64,000 nt of DNA, from contig SUUY01000002.1 of the NCBI GenBank assembly GCA_015062285.1, forward strand, positions 52,114 through 116,113. Direction: 5' to 3'. The notes under the pieces were generated by a model. It ran no database searches, was not told the origin of the DNA, and saw nothing but the letters and a program-made list of their open reading frames with translations. Positions within the stretch are counted from its first letter, which is position 1; every line of letters begins with the position of its first letter. The translations under genes and the position numbers were made by a program. The DNA is from Alphaproteobacteria bacterium. GTDB taxonomy: Bacteria > Pseudomonadota > Alphaproteobacteria > RF32 > CAG-239. This document shows positions 1 through 10,606 of the stretch, piece by piece.

Positions 1-831
1 AACTTCTTTAAGTAAGGATTCAATATGAGACATACCGCTCTCGGTAAGAGTAACAGAACGTGCTTTTTCATCTTTTTCGTAATCTTGTGGAACGAGCAAC
101 GGGATAATTTTATTAACCAAAATATATTTCTCAGAACTATCTTCGGCAGCACCGGAAATAATCAGCGGTGTTCTGGCTTCATCAATCAAAATAGAGTCAA
201 CTTCATCGACAATGGCGTAATTAAACGGACGTTGCACCATATCGGCTCGACGAAACTTCATGTTATCTCGTAAATAGTCAAAGCCCAATTCATTGTTGGT
301 GGCGTATATAATATCACTGTTATAAGCAATGCGACGTTCCTCATCATTTTTGCCATGAACAATGTAGTCAACACTCAGACCCAAAAAACGGTACACCTGG
401 CCCATCCACTCGGCATCGCGCTTTGCTAAATAGTCATTAACCGTAACAATATGAACACCTTTTCCCTCCAAGGCATTTAGGTAGGCTGCCAAAGTAGCAA
501 CAAGGGTTTTTCCCTCACCGGTTTTCATTTCAGCAATTTGGCCACGATGCAATACTATGCCGCCAATAAGCTGAACGTCGTAGTGACGCTGCCCTAAAGT
601 TCTCTTAGCTGCTTCACGAACTACGGCAAATGCCTCAGGCAAAATATCATCTAAGGTTTCGCCTTGTTTTAGGCGAGTTCTGAAATTTTCGGTTTTACCC
701 TTAAGCTCATCGTCGCTAAGCTTAGATATTTCCGGTTCGAGAGAGTTTATTTGTTCTACAATCTTGTATTGTCTTTTAACATAACGGTCATTAGCACTGC
801 CAAACAGCTTGCGAGCAAGAGAGCCTATCAT
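1..831 (-). CDS. secA: Preprotein translocase ATPase SecA (5' part; runs off window start)
   Basis: Not in the ORF track. Manual minus-strand translation from ATG at 831 gives [19 protein letters not shown]...EMKTGEGKT...[11 protein letters not shown]...[21 protein letters not shown], the SecA signature motifs. Confidence 0.97.
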   Translation of the reverse strand, partial: MIGSLARKLFGSANDRYVKRQYKIVEQINSLEPEISKLSDDELKGKTENFRTRLKQGETLDDILPEAFAVVREAAKRTLGQRHYDVQLIGGIVLHRGQIAEMKTGEGKTLVATLAAYLNALEGKGVHIVTVNDYLAKRDAEWMGQVYRFLGLSVDYIVHGKNDEERRIAYNSDIIYATNNELGFDYLRDNMKFRRADMVQRPFNYAIVDEVDSILIDEARTPLIISGAAEDSSEKYILVNKIIPLLVPQDYEKDEKARSVTLTESGMSHIESLLKEV

Positions 832-1007
832 AGTATTAATTTTCCTTATTTAAACTTATCAATTAGTTTACATTTAGTGTTTTATAAGCCAGAAGTCAAT
901 AGATTGATACCAAGTTATGAACTAACTTAAAAAAAAGTTGGAATAATTAATATTTTTATTATATATCTAAATGAGTGCTTTGAATATTTTATATAGGAGA
1001 TTGATTC

Positions 1008-1826
1008 ATGAAGAAAAGCAAGATCGGTGCTTTGGCGCTAACCAGCATGTTGGTTTTGAACGCAACTTTGGCTAATGCCGCCGGAAAAGATGGTGTTGCC
1101 GCAGTAGTTAACGGAAAAAACATTATGGTCGCAGAAATTAAGGAAGCATATGATTTGGCTCCAGGAATTAAAGAAAAGGTCACCTTTGATGAATTTTATA
1201 ACAAAACTTTGAATGAGTTCGTTGCAAACGAAGTTATTTATCAAGAGGCTGTTGCCAACAAAGTTACAGAGAGCCCAGAATACAAAGCTCAGCTTAAAAC
1301 AATGGAAAAAGCCTTGGCAGGCAAAGTATTTTTGGAAAAACAAGTTGATAAGTTAATCAACGATGATCAACTTAAAAAGGTATATGAAGATTATAAATCA
1401 AAATTCAAGCCGGAAAAAGAAGTCAAGGCAAAACACATTTTGGTTGACAGCGAGGCAAAAGCTAAAGAAGTAATTGCCAAACTTGATAAAGGTGGAAATT
1501 TTGATAAGCTGGCAAAAGAATATTCAAAAGATAGTGCTGACCTAGGGTACTTCACAAAAGGTGTTATGGTGCCGGAATTTTCTGAAGCAGCTTTTTCTAT
1601 GGAGAAAGGAAAATACTCCAAGTCTCCAACCAAAACCAAGTTCGGATATCATGTAATTTTGGTTGAAGATATTAGAGATACAGAGCTTCCTTCTTTTGAA
1701 AAATCTAAGGGACAACTTCGTGCTGCAATTGCGCAAAGTGCTGCAGGAGCCGTATTGAATGATATTTCATCTAGAGCAAAAGTTGTGCGCTATGATGCAA
1801 AGGGTAATGAAATTACTGCTCAATAA
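1008..1826 (+). CDS. Parvulin-type (PpiC/PrsA-like) periplasmic peptidyl-prolyl isomerase
   Basis: Signal peptide, VKAKHILV, DLGYF..GVMVPEFSEAAF, TKFGYHVILVED; RBS aggag; divergent from secA as in Alphaproteobacteria. Confidence 0.92.
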   Translation: MKKSKIGALALTSMLVLNATLANAAGKDGVAAVVNGKNIMVAEIKEAYDLAPGIKEKVTFDEFYNKTLNEFVANEVIYQEAVANKVTESPEYKAQLKTMEKALAGKVFLEKQVDKLINDDQLKKVYEDYKSKFKPEKEVKAKHILVDSEAKAKEVIAKLDKGGNFDKLAKEYSKDSADLGYFTKGVMVPEFSEAAFSMEKGKYSKSPTKTKFGYHVILVEDIRDTELPSFEKSKGQLRAAIAQSAAGAVLNDISSRAKVVRYDAKGNEITAQ

Positions 1827-1841
1827 TAACTATATGTTGTC

Positions 1842-1873
1842 AAAAAGGAGTGTTATAAAACACTCCTTTTTTT
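1842..1873. terminator. Intrinsic terminator after PPIase
   Basis: aaaaaggagtgtt-ata-aaacactcctttttt hairpin with A/T tails. Confidence 0.8.
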
Positions 1874-1950
1874 GAATAAAACACTTGTCAAAAATTGTTT
1901 TTAGGGTAATGTGAAAAAAAACAGAAAATATATAATTTAAGGAAAATATA

Positions 1951-3378
1951 ATGAAAATAAGAACTCGTTTTGCACCAAGCCCGACCGGATATATGCATAT
2001 CGGAAATTTGCGCACCGCTCTTTATGAATATTTGATTGCCAAAGCTTCCGAAGGTGATTTTTTGTTGCGAATTGAAGATACCGACCAAAAACGCTATGTT
2101 GAAGGCGCAACTGATATTATTTATGACACGCTTAAAACCGTGGGAATGAACTGGGACGAAGGACCGGACATCGGTGGCAACTACGGACCATATGTGCAAT
2201 CTGAACGCAAATCTATATATGCTGATTATGCCCATAAATTAGTAGAACTGGGAGGAGCTCATTATTGTTTTTGCTCAAAATCTGATGCTGATGAAGAAAA
2301 AAACGAAGAGCTAAACATCAAGTTTCAAGATCCATGCAAGCAACTTTCGCTTGAAGAAGCAAAGAAGCGTATTTCTGACGGCGAACCATATGTTATTCGT
2401 CAGACAATCAATAAAAAAGGCAAATCTAAATATCATGACGAAGTTTACGGAGATATTGAAATTGACTACGATGAGCTTGATGAGGGCGTATTGCTTAAAT
2501 CAGATGGTTTTCCGACTTATAACTTTGCCAATGTGATAGATGACCACCTGATGCAAATCACCCACGTGGTGCGTGGAAACGAATATATTTCATCTACCCC
2601 GAAATATAACCTGATTTATGAAGATTTCGGTTGGGAACATCCTCATTATGTGCATGTTCCACCGGTGATGAAAGATGCCCAACATAAGCTTTCAAAACGC
2701 AATGGTGATGCATCTTTTCAGGATTTGCTAGCAAAAGGGTATCTACCGGAAGCAATTATTAATTATATTGCTCTTTTGGGTTGGAATCCGGGAACTGAGG
2801 AAGAAATATTTTCGCTTGATGACTTAAAAAAAATATTTAGCGTTGAGCGTCTTAATCGTTCGCCGGCAATTTTTGATATCACTAAGCTGACTTGGATGAA
2901 CGGTTGCTATATCAGAGCTTTGCCGGAAGATAAGTTTCATCAACTGGTGTTGCCGTATTATGCTGATATACCGAATGATATTAATTTGCAAATGCTAAGC
3001 AAAGCTTTGCAACCTCGCATTGAAACATTGAGACAAATTGCCGAGCAAATTGATTTTATTAAGGCTCTACCGAATTATGATGTTGAATTGTTCTGCAATA
3101 AAAAAATGAAAACAGATCCTTTGGTGGCTAAGCGAGTTTTACCGGAAATTTTAGCTGTGCTGGAAGAACAAGCAGATTGGAACAATGAATCTTTGTTTGA
3201 GGCATTAAAATCTTTAGCCGAAAAATTAGAGGTTAAAAATGGACAAGTGCTTTATCCGGCGCGCATTGCGTTGAGTGGCAAAGAAACAACCCCCGGAGGC
3301 GCAACCGAACTGGCTGTGATATTAGGCAGAGATGAAACTTTGCGAAGAATAAATACAGCTATAGAAAAATTAGGATAA
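1951..3378 (+). CDS. gltX: Glutamate--tRNA ligase
   Basis: RTRFAPSPTG, HIGN, LRIEDTDQ, THVVRG, KLSKR class I motifs. Confidence 0.97.
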   Translation: MKIRTRFAPSPTGYMHIGNLRTALYEYLIAKASEGDFLLRIEDTDQKRYVEGATDIIYDTLKTVGMNWDEGPDIGGNYGPYVQSERKSIYADYAHKLVELGGAHYCFCSKSDADEEKNEELNIKFQDPCKQLSLEEAKKRISDGEPYVIRQTINKKGKSKYHDEVYGDIEIDYDELDEGVLLKSDGFPTYNFANVIDDHLMQITHVVRGNEYISSTPKYNLIYEDFGWEHPHYVHVPPVMKDAQHKLSKRNGDASFQDLLAKGYLPEAIINYIALLGWNPGTEEEIFSLDDLKKIFSVERLNRSPAIFDITKLTWMNGCYIRALPEDKFHQLVLPYYADIPNDINLQMLSKALQPRIETLRQIAEQIDFIKALPNYDVELFCNKKMKTDPLVAKRVLPEILAVLEEQADWNNESLFEALKSLAEKLEVKNGQVLYPARIALSGKETTPGGATELAVILGRDETLRRINTAIEKLG

Positions 3379-3723
3379 AAAAATATAAATAAATAAAAAC
3401 ACTGCTGATAGAAATATCGGCAGTGTTTTTTATAATCATTTTGATTAGAGTATATTCAACATTAAATGCAGAGCCATAACTGTATGACTTTTCATACAGA
3501 GTTGTAAATGAAAGTGAAGTTCCGCTATACGTTACTTTTGATATAATAGAACAATTACCCATAGTATTACTATTGTTGACTGTTCCGTTACAAAAGTATT
3601 TGCCAACCAATTCTTGAGCATCTTGCTTTATGGGTAGTTTATTTTTGCATCAACGTTAGCATAGCAAAATAAAGCACCACAAATCGCCAAGCCGATCATG
3701 GTGAGTCTATTCAAGTTCCTCAT
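3359..3723 (-). pseudogene. Probable frameshifted/truncated secreted protein gene
   Basis: ATG 3723 (upstream ggag) gives signal-peptide-like MRNLNRLTMIGLAICGALFCYANVDAK, then an early stop. Another frame continues KLPIKQDAQELVGKYFCNGTVNN... and reads through the gltX terminator. Confidence 0.45.
3395..3430. terminator. Bidirectional intrinsic terminator
   Basis: aaaaacactgctgata-gaaa-tatcggcagtgttttt. Confidence 0.85.
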
Positions 3724-3849
3724 ACCTAAATAACTCCATCCTCAAGTTTTATTGAGGCAGAAAATCAGTTAAAAATCATTAGGCGTAGGTGATTAGGAGA
3801 GTAATGATATGTTGAGAAGAACGAAAGTGTAGTTGAAACATCTTTTGAG

Positions 3850-3873
3850 ATGCTTCGACAAGCTCAGCATGAC
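3850..3873. repeat. REP-like small palindromic element (GTCATGCTGAGCTTGTCGAAGCAT on minus strand)
   Basis: Matches from memory the GTCAT.CTGAGCTTGTCGAAG intergenic repeat family; only one copy seen in the window. Confidence 0.5.
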
Positions 3874-3960
3874 AATTATTTTATTCCTTTAATTGTAAAT
3901 TAAGATAAGATTTATAGGCTATTTATTGCCTTATAAACCTAGAAAAGCTTAAACAATTAA

Positions 3961-6099
3961 TTATCTCTCTTTTCTGATGGCAAGTACATTGCGGACATAG
4001 CCAATGTCATTTTCAAGATTTTCCAGATCAACCGGTAATTTTAATCTCCAATTAGGGTGCTTATCTCTGTCAGTACCAGGAAGATTTTGTTGTTTTGTCA
4101 TATGCAAAAAATCTTCTAACTGAGCCAAGAATACAATAGATGACGATTTTGCCACATAGGCACATACAGCCTCTTCTATTCCTTCGGGATAATTCTCACC
4201 ATAAATAAAGTTTCCGCTACGTAGACGATCTTGAGGCCACACATTGGCAGCATCTAGAGATGCTAACAGCATTCCTCGATCATTTTCTCGCTTATGATAA
4301 GCATTTGCTTTGTCTGTATCATTGGTAATCATTCCCAATGATGAGGCCAGCTCAATATCAAACCCAAACCACCACATTTTTAGTGGTGACATATCGTGAG
4401 TGCCAACCGATGCAAATGCATGTTCGGGATAGTGTTGCGGTGCTAAGAATCCTCCCCAACCGGCACCCGACCTCTCTGACCATAAGACACTAAGCGAATG
4501 AATATTACGTGATCTGATGGTTTCGATAAATCCTTCCGGCACATTGCCTATGCTCTCGCCGACAATTACACACTTATTAAGGTGGCTTTCTAAAGCGACG
4601 ATATTTAGCATATCTGCAAAATTAAAATAGATATATGTGCCCTCATCGCAATTTTCAGGAATAACATATAAACGCATAAGGCTCATAACATGATCCATAC
4701 GCAAAGCTCCGGAATTATGCATGTTGGCACGTAAAATTTTTATAAACGGCTCATATGCATGTTCTTTTAGCTTATATGGAGAAAACACTCCCAGCCCCCA
4801 TTGTTGTCCGCATGGAAAAAACGCATCCGGTGGAGCTCCTGCGCCACACTTGGGTATAAACAACTCGTTATCCCCCCAATATTCGGCACTGTCTTTGCCA
4901 ACCCCTACTGCCAAATCACGATATAATCCTATTTTAAGGTTTTGCTGGTCTACAATGGTTTTTACTTCATCGAATTGCCTTTCTGCCTCAAACTGCATAA
5001 ACTTGAAAAAGTCTATGCGTTCTTGATGATTTGAGATGTAATCGGAAATTCCTGAAGCATAAGGAGATCTTAACTCCTCCGGCCAGGCTCGCCATCCACC
5101 CCAAACTTTTGGGCTCTCGCTTTCATACAAGCATTGAAACAGAGCTAACTTATCAAGATCTGCTCCTTTAGTTTGGCAATATTTTATAAAATCTTTATAG
5201 CGTGCGGATGTTTTCTTTTTCAATAGGCGTTTAAAACATTTTTCCAACACTTTTACCTTAAGCGGATATACCTTGTTATATTGGATATATTCGCTTGATT
5301 TGATACCTGCCAAAATTCCTTCAATAAGCTGTTTGTCGGCATTCTCAAATTCCGGTATCTGCTCGACATCAATATAAATAGGATTTAAGAAAAGACGGCT
5401 TATGGATTGATAAGGGCTGGCGTTTTCCGGAAAATCATGGCTCAACACATTTAGCGGATTTAAGCCTATTACATTGGCTCCGCTTTTGGCGCAGAGTTTT
5501 ACCAGTTCTTTAAGATCGGTAAAATCGCCCACTCCCCAATTCCTTTTGCTCCTAACTGAATATAGTTGAATTGCAAACCCCCAAAGTTTGTGATCCATCC
5601 CCTCTGTTTCATAGCATTTTTGCGGAGCAACTGCCACTATTGACTTATAGTTTCTATCTTCTAAGCGAACATCTAACTCATAATATCCGGGCTCTCTTAT
5701 ACCTTTTATAATGTATGTTTCCTTGCGAAATTTGCTTTTATTAATAGTCTTTTCTTCAATTTCTTCTTGTAATAGAAATGAAACATCTTGCAGCTTATGA
5801 TTAGCATCTTTCAGACGAATGGATGATACTTTCTGTTTATCGGGCAATACAACGTCAATTTTTACCAAATCAATTTTGCATACATATATAGGCGATAAAA
5901 CATTGATAAAACGCATGTTATCTATTTGTTGTAGCGAGGTTTCTATTTCTTGCTCGTCACCACATTTAAAACCAAGCTCTGTTGCAAAAAATCGTATGGT
6001 ATCTTCACTTACCGCATAGTTTTTTTGAACCATGCCGGCATCACAAAATGACGTTGCAATGCCAAGTTTTTCTGCAAGTAAATTTAGCTTGGTTGACAT
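3961..6099 (-). CDS. malQ: 4-alpha-glucanotransferase (amylomaltase, GH77)
   Basis: WGVGDFTDL, SPYQSISRLFLNPIYID, GLYRDLAVG, GAPPDAF, LRMDHVM, GTHD, NLPGT..HPNWR. Confidence 0.95.
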   Translation of the reverse strand: MSTKLNLLAEKLGIATSFCDAGMVQKNYAVSEDTIRFFATELGFKCGDEQEIETSLQQIDNMRFINVLSPIYVCKIDLVKIDVVLPDKQKVSSIRLKDANHKLQDVSFLLQEEIEEKTINKSKFRKETYIIKGIREPGYYELDVRLEDRNYKSIVAVAPQKCYETEGMDHKLWGFAIQLYSVRSKRNWGVGDFTDLKELVKLCAKSGANVIGLNPLNVLSHDFPENASPYQSISRLFLNPIYIDVEQIPEFENADKQLIEGILAGIKSSEYIQYNKVYPLKVKVLEKCFKRLLKKKTSARYKDFIKYCQTKGADLDKLALFQCLYESESPKVWGGWRAWPEELRSPYASGISDYISNHQERIDFFKFMQFEAERQFDEVKTIVDQQNLKIGLYRDLAVGVGKDSAEYWGDNELFIPKCGAGAPPDAFFPCGQQWGLGVFSPYKLKEHAYEPFIKILRANMHNSGALRMDHVMSLMRLYVIPENCDEGTYIYFNFADMLNIVALESHLNKCVIVGESIGNVPEGFIETIRSRNIHSLSVLWSERSGAGWGGFLAPQHYPEHAFASVGTHDMSPLKMWWFGFDIELASSLGMITNDTDKANAYHKRENDRGMLLASLDAANVWPQDRLRSGNFIYGENYPEGIEEAVCAYVAKSSSIVFLAQLEDFLHMTKQQNLPGTDRDKHPNWRLKLPVDLENLENDIGYVRNVLAIRKER

Positions 6100-6111
6100 A
6101 TTGTTCCCCTT

Positions 6112-8187
6112 TTATTTTTTTATTTCAAAACCAACAACACTCCATGCCGGAATTTTTATACTCTTGCCGGATGCAACCTCTAAAGGATTGAACTTTCCGC
6201 TGCTATCTAAGATCAAGTTCCAATGCATGTCCACGGAAAGATCAGGCAACTTCCAATCTTGTTCTTTATGGTTTGCGTTAAACATCATGAAAACAAACTT
6301 TGTTCCGGTATATACACAATATGATAAACTGCGAAGATCACCATTGTGCCAATCAGATGTTTCAAACTCTTTTCCTGATGGAGTGTACCATGCAATATCT
6401 TTATATCCGCTTTTATCAACCTTTTTTCCGGTAAAGAACTTATTACGATCGAATATTTTAAGCTGCTTTCTTATTTTTATAAGGCGACGGACATATGAGG
6501 CAAATTTCTTATGTTTGTCTGTAATTCCTTCCCAGTTTATCCATGTGAGAGCATTGTCTTGACAGTAGGGATTGTTATTGCCCATTTGGGTTCGTAAAAA
6601 TTCATCTCCGGCTACAAGCATAGGAGTTCCAAATGACATCAATAGTGTGGCAAGCATTGCTCGACTGCGGAGCATACGGTTTTCTTCGACCATAGGATTA
6701 TCGCTTCCACCCTCAACACCGGAATTCCAACTCCAGTTAGTATCTGTTCCGTCTCGATTTTGTTCGCCATTGCTGAGATTGTGCTTTTGATTATAGCTCA
6801 CTAAGTCACACAGACTAAAACCATCGTGTGCAGTTATAAAGTTGATGCTAGACCATATATCCCTGTTGTTATAGTTAAATACATCACTAGAACCGGCTAA
6901 ACGGCTTGCCATTTCAGATGTTTGTGCCGTATCACCCTTCCAAAAACGGCGTACATTATCACGATATTTATCGTTCCATTCTGCCCACCCAGGAAGAAAT
7001 GCACCAACCTGATATCCTCCCATTCCGACATCCCAAGGTTCAGCAATCATCTTTACGTTCTTCAAAACCGGATCCTGTTCTACTGCATATAAAAATCCGC
7101 TTTGTTGGGTAAATTGGTTTTGCTGACGAGACAAGGTTGTTGCTAAGTCAAAACGAAAACCATCAATGTGTATTTTTTCCACCCAATATCGAAGAGAATC
7201 CATAACCAGTCGCAAACATGCAGGATGTTGAACATTAAATGATGCACCGCATCCGGTAGTATCATAATAATATCGTTTATTCTCCGGATTTAAGGCATAG
7301 TAAGTAGGGTTATCTATTCCGCGATAGCACAATGTCGGCCCCAGTTGATTACCTTCTCCGGTATGGTTGTATACCACATCGAGTATAACTTCCAAACCAT
7401 GTGCATGCAATTTTTTTACCATATCTTTGATTTCGGAAATATCATTTCCTGACAGATATGACTGCTCAGGTGCAAAAAAACTAAAACTCTCGTATCCCCA
7501 ATAATTATCGGTTATATATCCTTTTTTATGGCGATTGCCAAAAAAGGCATGTATCGGTAAAAATTCTACTGCAGTTACTCCCAACCATTTAAGGTAGTTT
7601 ATAACAGAGTTGTGTGAGAATCCGGCAAATGTTCCACGCTTGGAATCCGCAACTGAGGGCTGAAGCATGGTATATCCTCTGAGTTGTGTCTCGTAGATAA
7701 TGCTGTTTTCAAATTTATGCCTTGGATGCTTATCATTGCCCCAATCGTAATCATCATTTACAACAACGGACTTTGGTACATATGGTGCAGAATCCAAATC
7801 GCTAAATGACAAATCTTGTTCAGGACTATCTATATCATAACCAAAAATAGCTTTGTTCCATATAAGCTTTCCTACCAGCTTTTTTCCATAAGGATCTATA
7901 AGCAATTTATGATGATTAAAACGCAATCCTTCTTCCGGCTTGTAAGGACCATAGACTCTATATCCATATACCAAATCCGGCTTTGCATCTTCTAAATATA
8001 TATGCCAGACGCTATTGTCATTGGAGGTTATGGAATAACGCTCCAACTCCTCTGAGCCGGAAGCATCAAAAATACATAATTCGACCTTTGTCGCATGGGC
8101 TGAAAACAAGGCGAAATTCACTCCCTTGCCGTCATAAGTTGATCCTAGTGGAGATGCTTTTCCGTCAAGAGTTTTGAAATTTGCCAT
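6112..8187 (-). CDS. glgX: Glycogen debranching enzyme GlgX (GH13 isoamylase)
   Basis: GVNFALFSAHA, NYWGY, DVVYNHTGEG, DGFRFDLA, AEPWD, NFITAHDGF, GNNNPYCQDN. Confidence 0.96.
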   Translation of the reverse strand: MANFKTLDGKASPLGSTYDGKGVNFALFSAHATKVELCIFDASGSEELERYSITSNDNSVWHIYLEDAKPDLVYGYRVYGPYKPEEGLRFNHHKLLIDPYGKKLVGKLIWNKAIFGYDIDSPEQDLSFSDLDSAPYVPKSVVVNDDYDWGNDKHPRHKFENSIIYETQLRGYTMLQPSVADSKRGTFAGFSHNSVINYLKWLGVTAVEFLPIHAFFGNRHKKGYITDNYWGYESFSFFAPEQSYLSGNDISEIKDMVKKLHAHGLEVILDVVYNHTGEGNQLGPTLCYRGIDNPTYYALNPENKRYYYDTTGCGASFNVQHPACLRLVMDSLRYWVEKIHIDGFRFDLATTLSRQQNQFTQQSGFLYAVEQDPVLKNVKMIAEPWDVGMGGYQVGAFLPGWAEWNDKYRDNVRRFWKGDTAQTSEMASRLAGSSDVFNYNNRDIWSSINFITAHDGFSLCDLVSYNQKHNLSNGEQNRDGTDTNWSWNSGVEGGSDNPMVEENRMLRSRAMLATLLMSFGTPMLVAGDEFLRTQMGNNNPYCQDNALTWINWEGITDKHKKFASYVRRLIKIRKQLKIFDRNKFFTGKKVDKSGYKDIAWYTPSGKEFETSDWHNGDLRSLSYCVYTGTKFVFMMFNANHKEQDWKLPDLSVDMHWNLILDSSGKFNPLEVASGKSIKIPAWSVVGFEIKK

Positions 8188-8198
8188 TGTGTTGCCTT

Positions 8199-10391
8199 TT
8201 ATCTGATTGGTTTGATTACTATGGTCGACAACGGAGGAACGCGTAGAGTTATAGAATATGGCTTGTTATTCCACCCGCCTTCTACCGCCTGCATAAATCC
8301 TTCGTTTTTTACACCACTTCCCCAGTAGTTTACATCATCACTGTTAAAAATTTCTTGATAACGACAATTTTCGGGGACACCAATACGATATCCTTCTCTT
8401 ACAACCGGAGTGAAGTTGGAAATTACAATCAAATAATCTCCCGGAGCATAGCCCTTTCTCATATAAGAAATTACACTATCATCAGAATTAGAGTGCTCTA
8501 TCCATTCAAAACCCCGATAATCAAAATCTTGCTGATATAACGCAGCGTTGCCTTTGTACATAAGGTTGAGGTCTCTTACACAATTTTGCATGCCTTTATA
8601 CATAGGATGATCAAGCAGAAACCAGCGCAAGCCCTCTTCCGCATTCCACTCCCAATCTTGACCAAACTCGCACCCCATAAACAGCAATTTTTTACCGGGG
8701 TGGGTATACATAAATCCATAATATGCTCTTAAATTAGCAAATTTTTGCCATTCGTCACCCGGCATTTTAGAAAGCATTGAACCCTTACCATGAACAACCT
8801 CGTCATGAGAAATCGGTAAAATAAAATTCTCGTTAAATGCATATAACAAACCGAAAGTCAGCATACCATGATGATATTTTCGATGAATAGGATCATGAGA
8901 TATATATTTCAATGTGTCATTCATCCATCCCATGTTCCATTTGTATCCAAAACCGAGACCACCCATACTTGTCGGCCTTGATACCATAGGCCATGCCGTT
9001 GACTCTTCAGCGATACTTACAATGCCTTTGTTTTGTGAATAGGCAAGTTCGTTCATGCGACGTAAAAATGAAATAGCTTCAATGTTTTCATTTCCGCCAT
9101 AAATGTTGGGAATCCATTCTCCGTTTTTGCGAGAATAATCCAGATACAACATCGAAGCAACAGCATCAACTCTAAGTCCGTCAATATGAAATTCTTTTAG
9201 CCAATAAAGAGCACTTGCACACAAGAAGTTCATAACCTCTGTGCGTCCGTAATTATATATCTTTGTTCCCCAATCGGTGTGCTCTCCTTTTCGGGGATCA
9301 GCATGTTCATACAAGTGAGTACCGTCAAATTCATTTAGCCCATGACCATCTTTAGGGAAGTGAGCAGGAACCCAATCCATAATCACGGCAATGCCTGCCT
9401 GATGAAATTTATCGATCAAATAACGAAGATCATCAGGCGAGCCAAAACGACTGGTCGGAGCAAACATTCCGATAACCTGATAACCCCAAGAGCCATCAAA
9501 CGGGTGTTCGGTCAAAGGCAAAAATTCAACATGGGTAAAGCCCATATTGCAAACATAGGGTACCAGTGTATCTGCCAATTCACGATACGTATAATATTCG
9601 TTGTTGTCTCTGCGGCGCCATGAACCCAAATGAACCTCGTAAATAGACATCGGCTTATCAAAAGAATTATGTTCTTCACGATAATTCATCCAACCTTCAT
9701 CTTCCCAACAATAGCGGTCTATGTCATATACAATAGATGCTGTATTGGGACGCTTTTCTGAATAAAAAGCAACAGGATCAGCTTTGACTAAAATAGCCCC
9801 TTCGAAAGTTTTTATCTCAAACTTATAAAGTTCACCTTCTGTTATATTTGGAATGAAAATATCCCACACACCACAGGTCGGATGCTTACGCATTACATTT
9901 ACTCTACCATCCCAATTATTGAATGCGCCAACGACACTAACTCGTTTTGCATTTGGCGCCCACACGGCAAAAGCAACACCTTTTACCCCATTCATTTCCA
10001 TGGGATGTGCGCCGAGTTTTTTATACATATTAAGGTGATTTCCTTCGGCCAAAAGATACACATCCATATCACCCAATGTAGCAGAAAAACGATATGGGTC
10101 TTCTGCTTCATAAATATTTCCCATATCATTTTCTATGCGGAATTTGTAAGCAAAATTTTCAACTTTTCCGAGATTGATTTGGTAGAATCCGCGCTCGTCA
10201 ATTTTGGTCATTTCTCCTAAGGTTTTTCCGTCATTTCCCAACAACTCAATTTTTTTGGTATGAGGTTGGTAGGTGCGGATAAATACTTCTTTACTACCCT
10301 TGTTTTTGTGTATGCCGAGCACTGCAAAAACATTACCATGATCTCCGTTAATCACGGCTTCGAGTTCTTCTTTAGATAATAAATTTTCCAT
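8199..10391 (-). CDS. glgB: 1,4-alpha-glucan branching enzyme
   Basis: FAVWAPNA, IYEVHLGSW, DWVPAHFP, DGLRVDAVASMLY, AEESTAWP, SHDEVVHGKGS. Confidence 0.97.
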   Translation of the reverse strand: MENLLSKEELEAVINGDHGNVFAVLGIHKNKGSKEVFIRTYQPHTKKIELLGNDGKTLGEMTKIDERGFYQINLGKVENFAYKFRIENDMGNIYEAEDPYRFSATLGDMDVYLLAEGNHLNMYKKLGAHPMEMNGVKGVAFAVWAPNAKRVSVVGAFNNWDGRVNVMRKHPTCGVWDIFIPNITEGELYKFEIKTFEGAILVKADPVAFYSEKRPNTASIVYDIDRYCWEDEGWMNYREEHNSFDKPMSIYEVHLGSWRRRDNNEYYTYRELADTLVPYVCNMGFTHVEFLPLTEHPFDGSWGYQVIGMFAPTSRFGSPDDLRYLIDKFHQAGIAVIMDWVPAHFPKDGHGLNEFDGTHLYEHADPRKGEHTDWGTKIYNYGRTEVMNFLCASALYWLKEFHIDGLRVDAVASMLYLDYSRKNGEWIPNIYGGNENIEAISFLRRMNELAYSQNKGIVSIAEESTAWPMVSRPTSMGGLGFGYKWNMGWMNDTLKYISHDPIHRKYHHGMLTFGLLYAFNENFILPISHDEVVHGKGSMLSKMPGDEWQKFANLRAYYGFMYTHPGKKLLFMGCEFGQDWEWNAEEGLRWFLLDHPMYKGMQNCVRDLNLMYKGNAALYQQDFDYRGFEWIEHSNSDDSVISYMRKGYAPGDYLIVISNFTPVVREGYRIGVPENCRYQEIFNSDDVNYWGSGVKNEGFMQAVEGGWNNKPYSITLRVPPLSTIVIKPIR

Positions 10392-10606
10392 ATTTGCATC
10401 CTTAAAATTAACAACATAATTGACAGCGTTTTTAGGTAAAAAAGCATCTGAATATTTAATCTATAAATTCTAATGATTTTAAATGCAAGTATTTTGATTC
10501 TTGAGAGAAAAATATTTAAGAAAATTATCATTTTTTTTGATTAGGTGTTGACGGATAAAATTTTGATTGTATATTAGTCTTGTTTACCGAACTTTTATTT
10601 GGAGTA

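Noticed and set aside
25-273. 82-aa plus-strand ORF and the many other short antisense/overlapping ORFs in the track
   Set aside because: Shadows of well-supported genes on the opposite strand or frame (this one lies inside secA); no motifs or RBS
3889-3903. Perfect CtrA-like box TTAA-N7-TTAA
   Set aside because: An all-A/T motif is expected several times by chance in 64 kb of AT-rich DNA; not upstream of a cell-cycle gene
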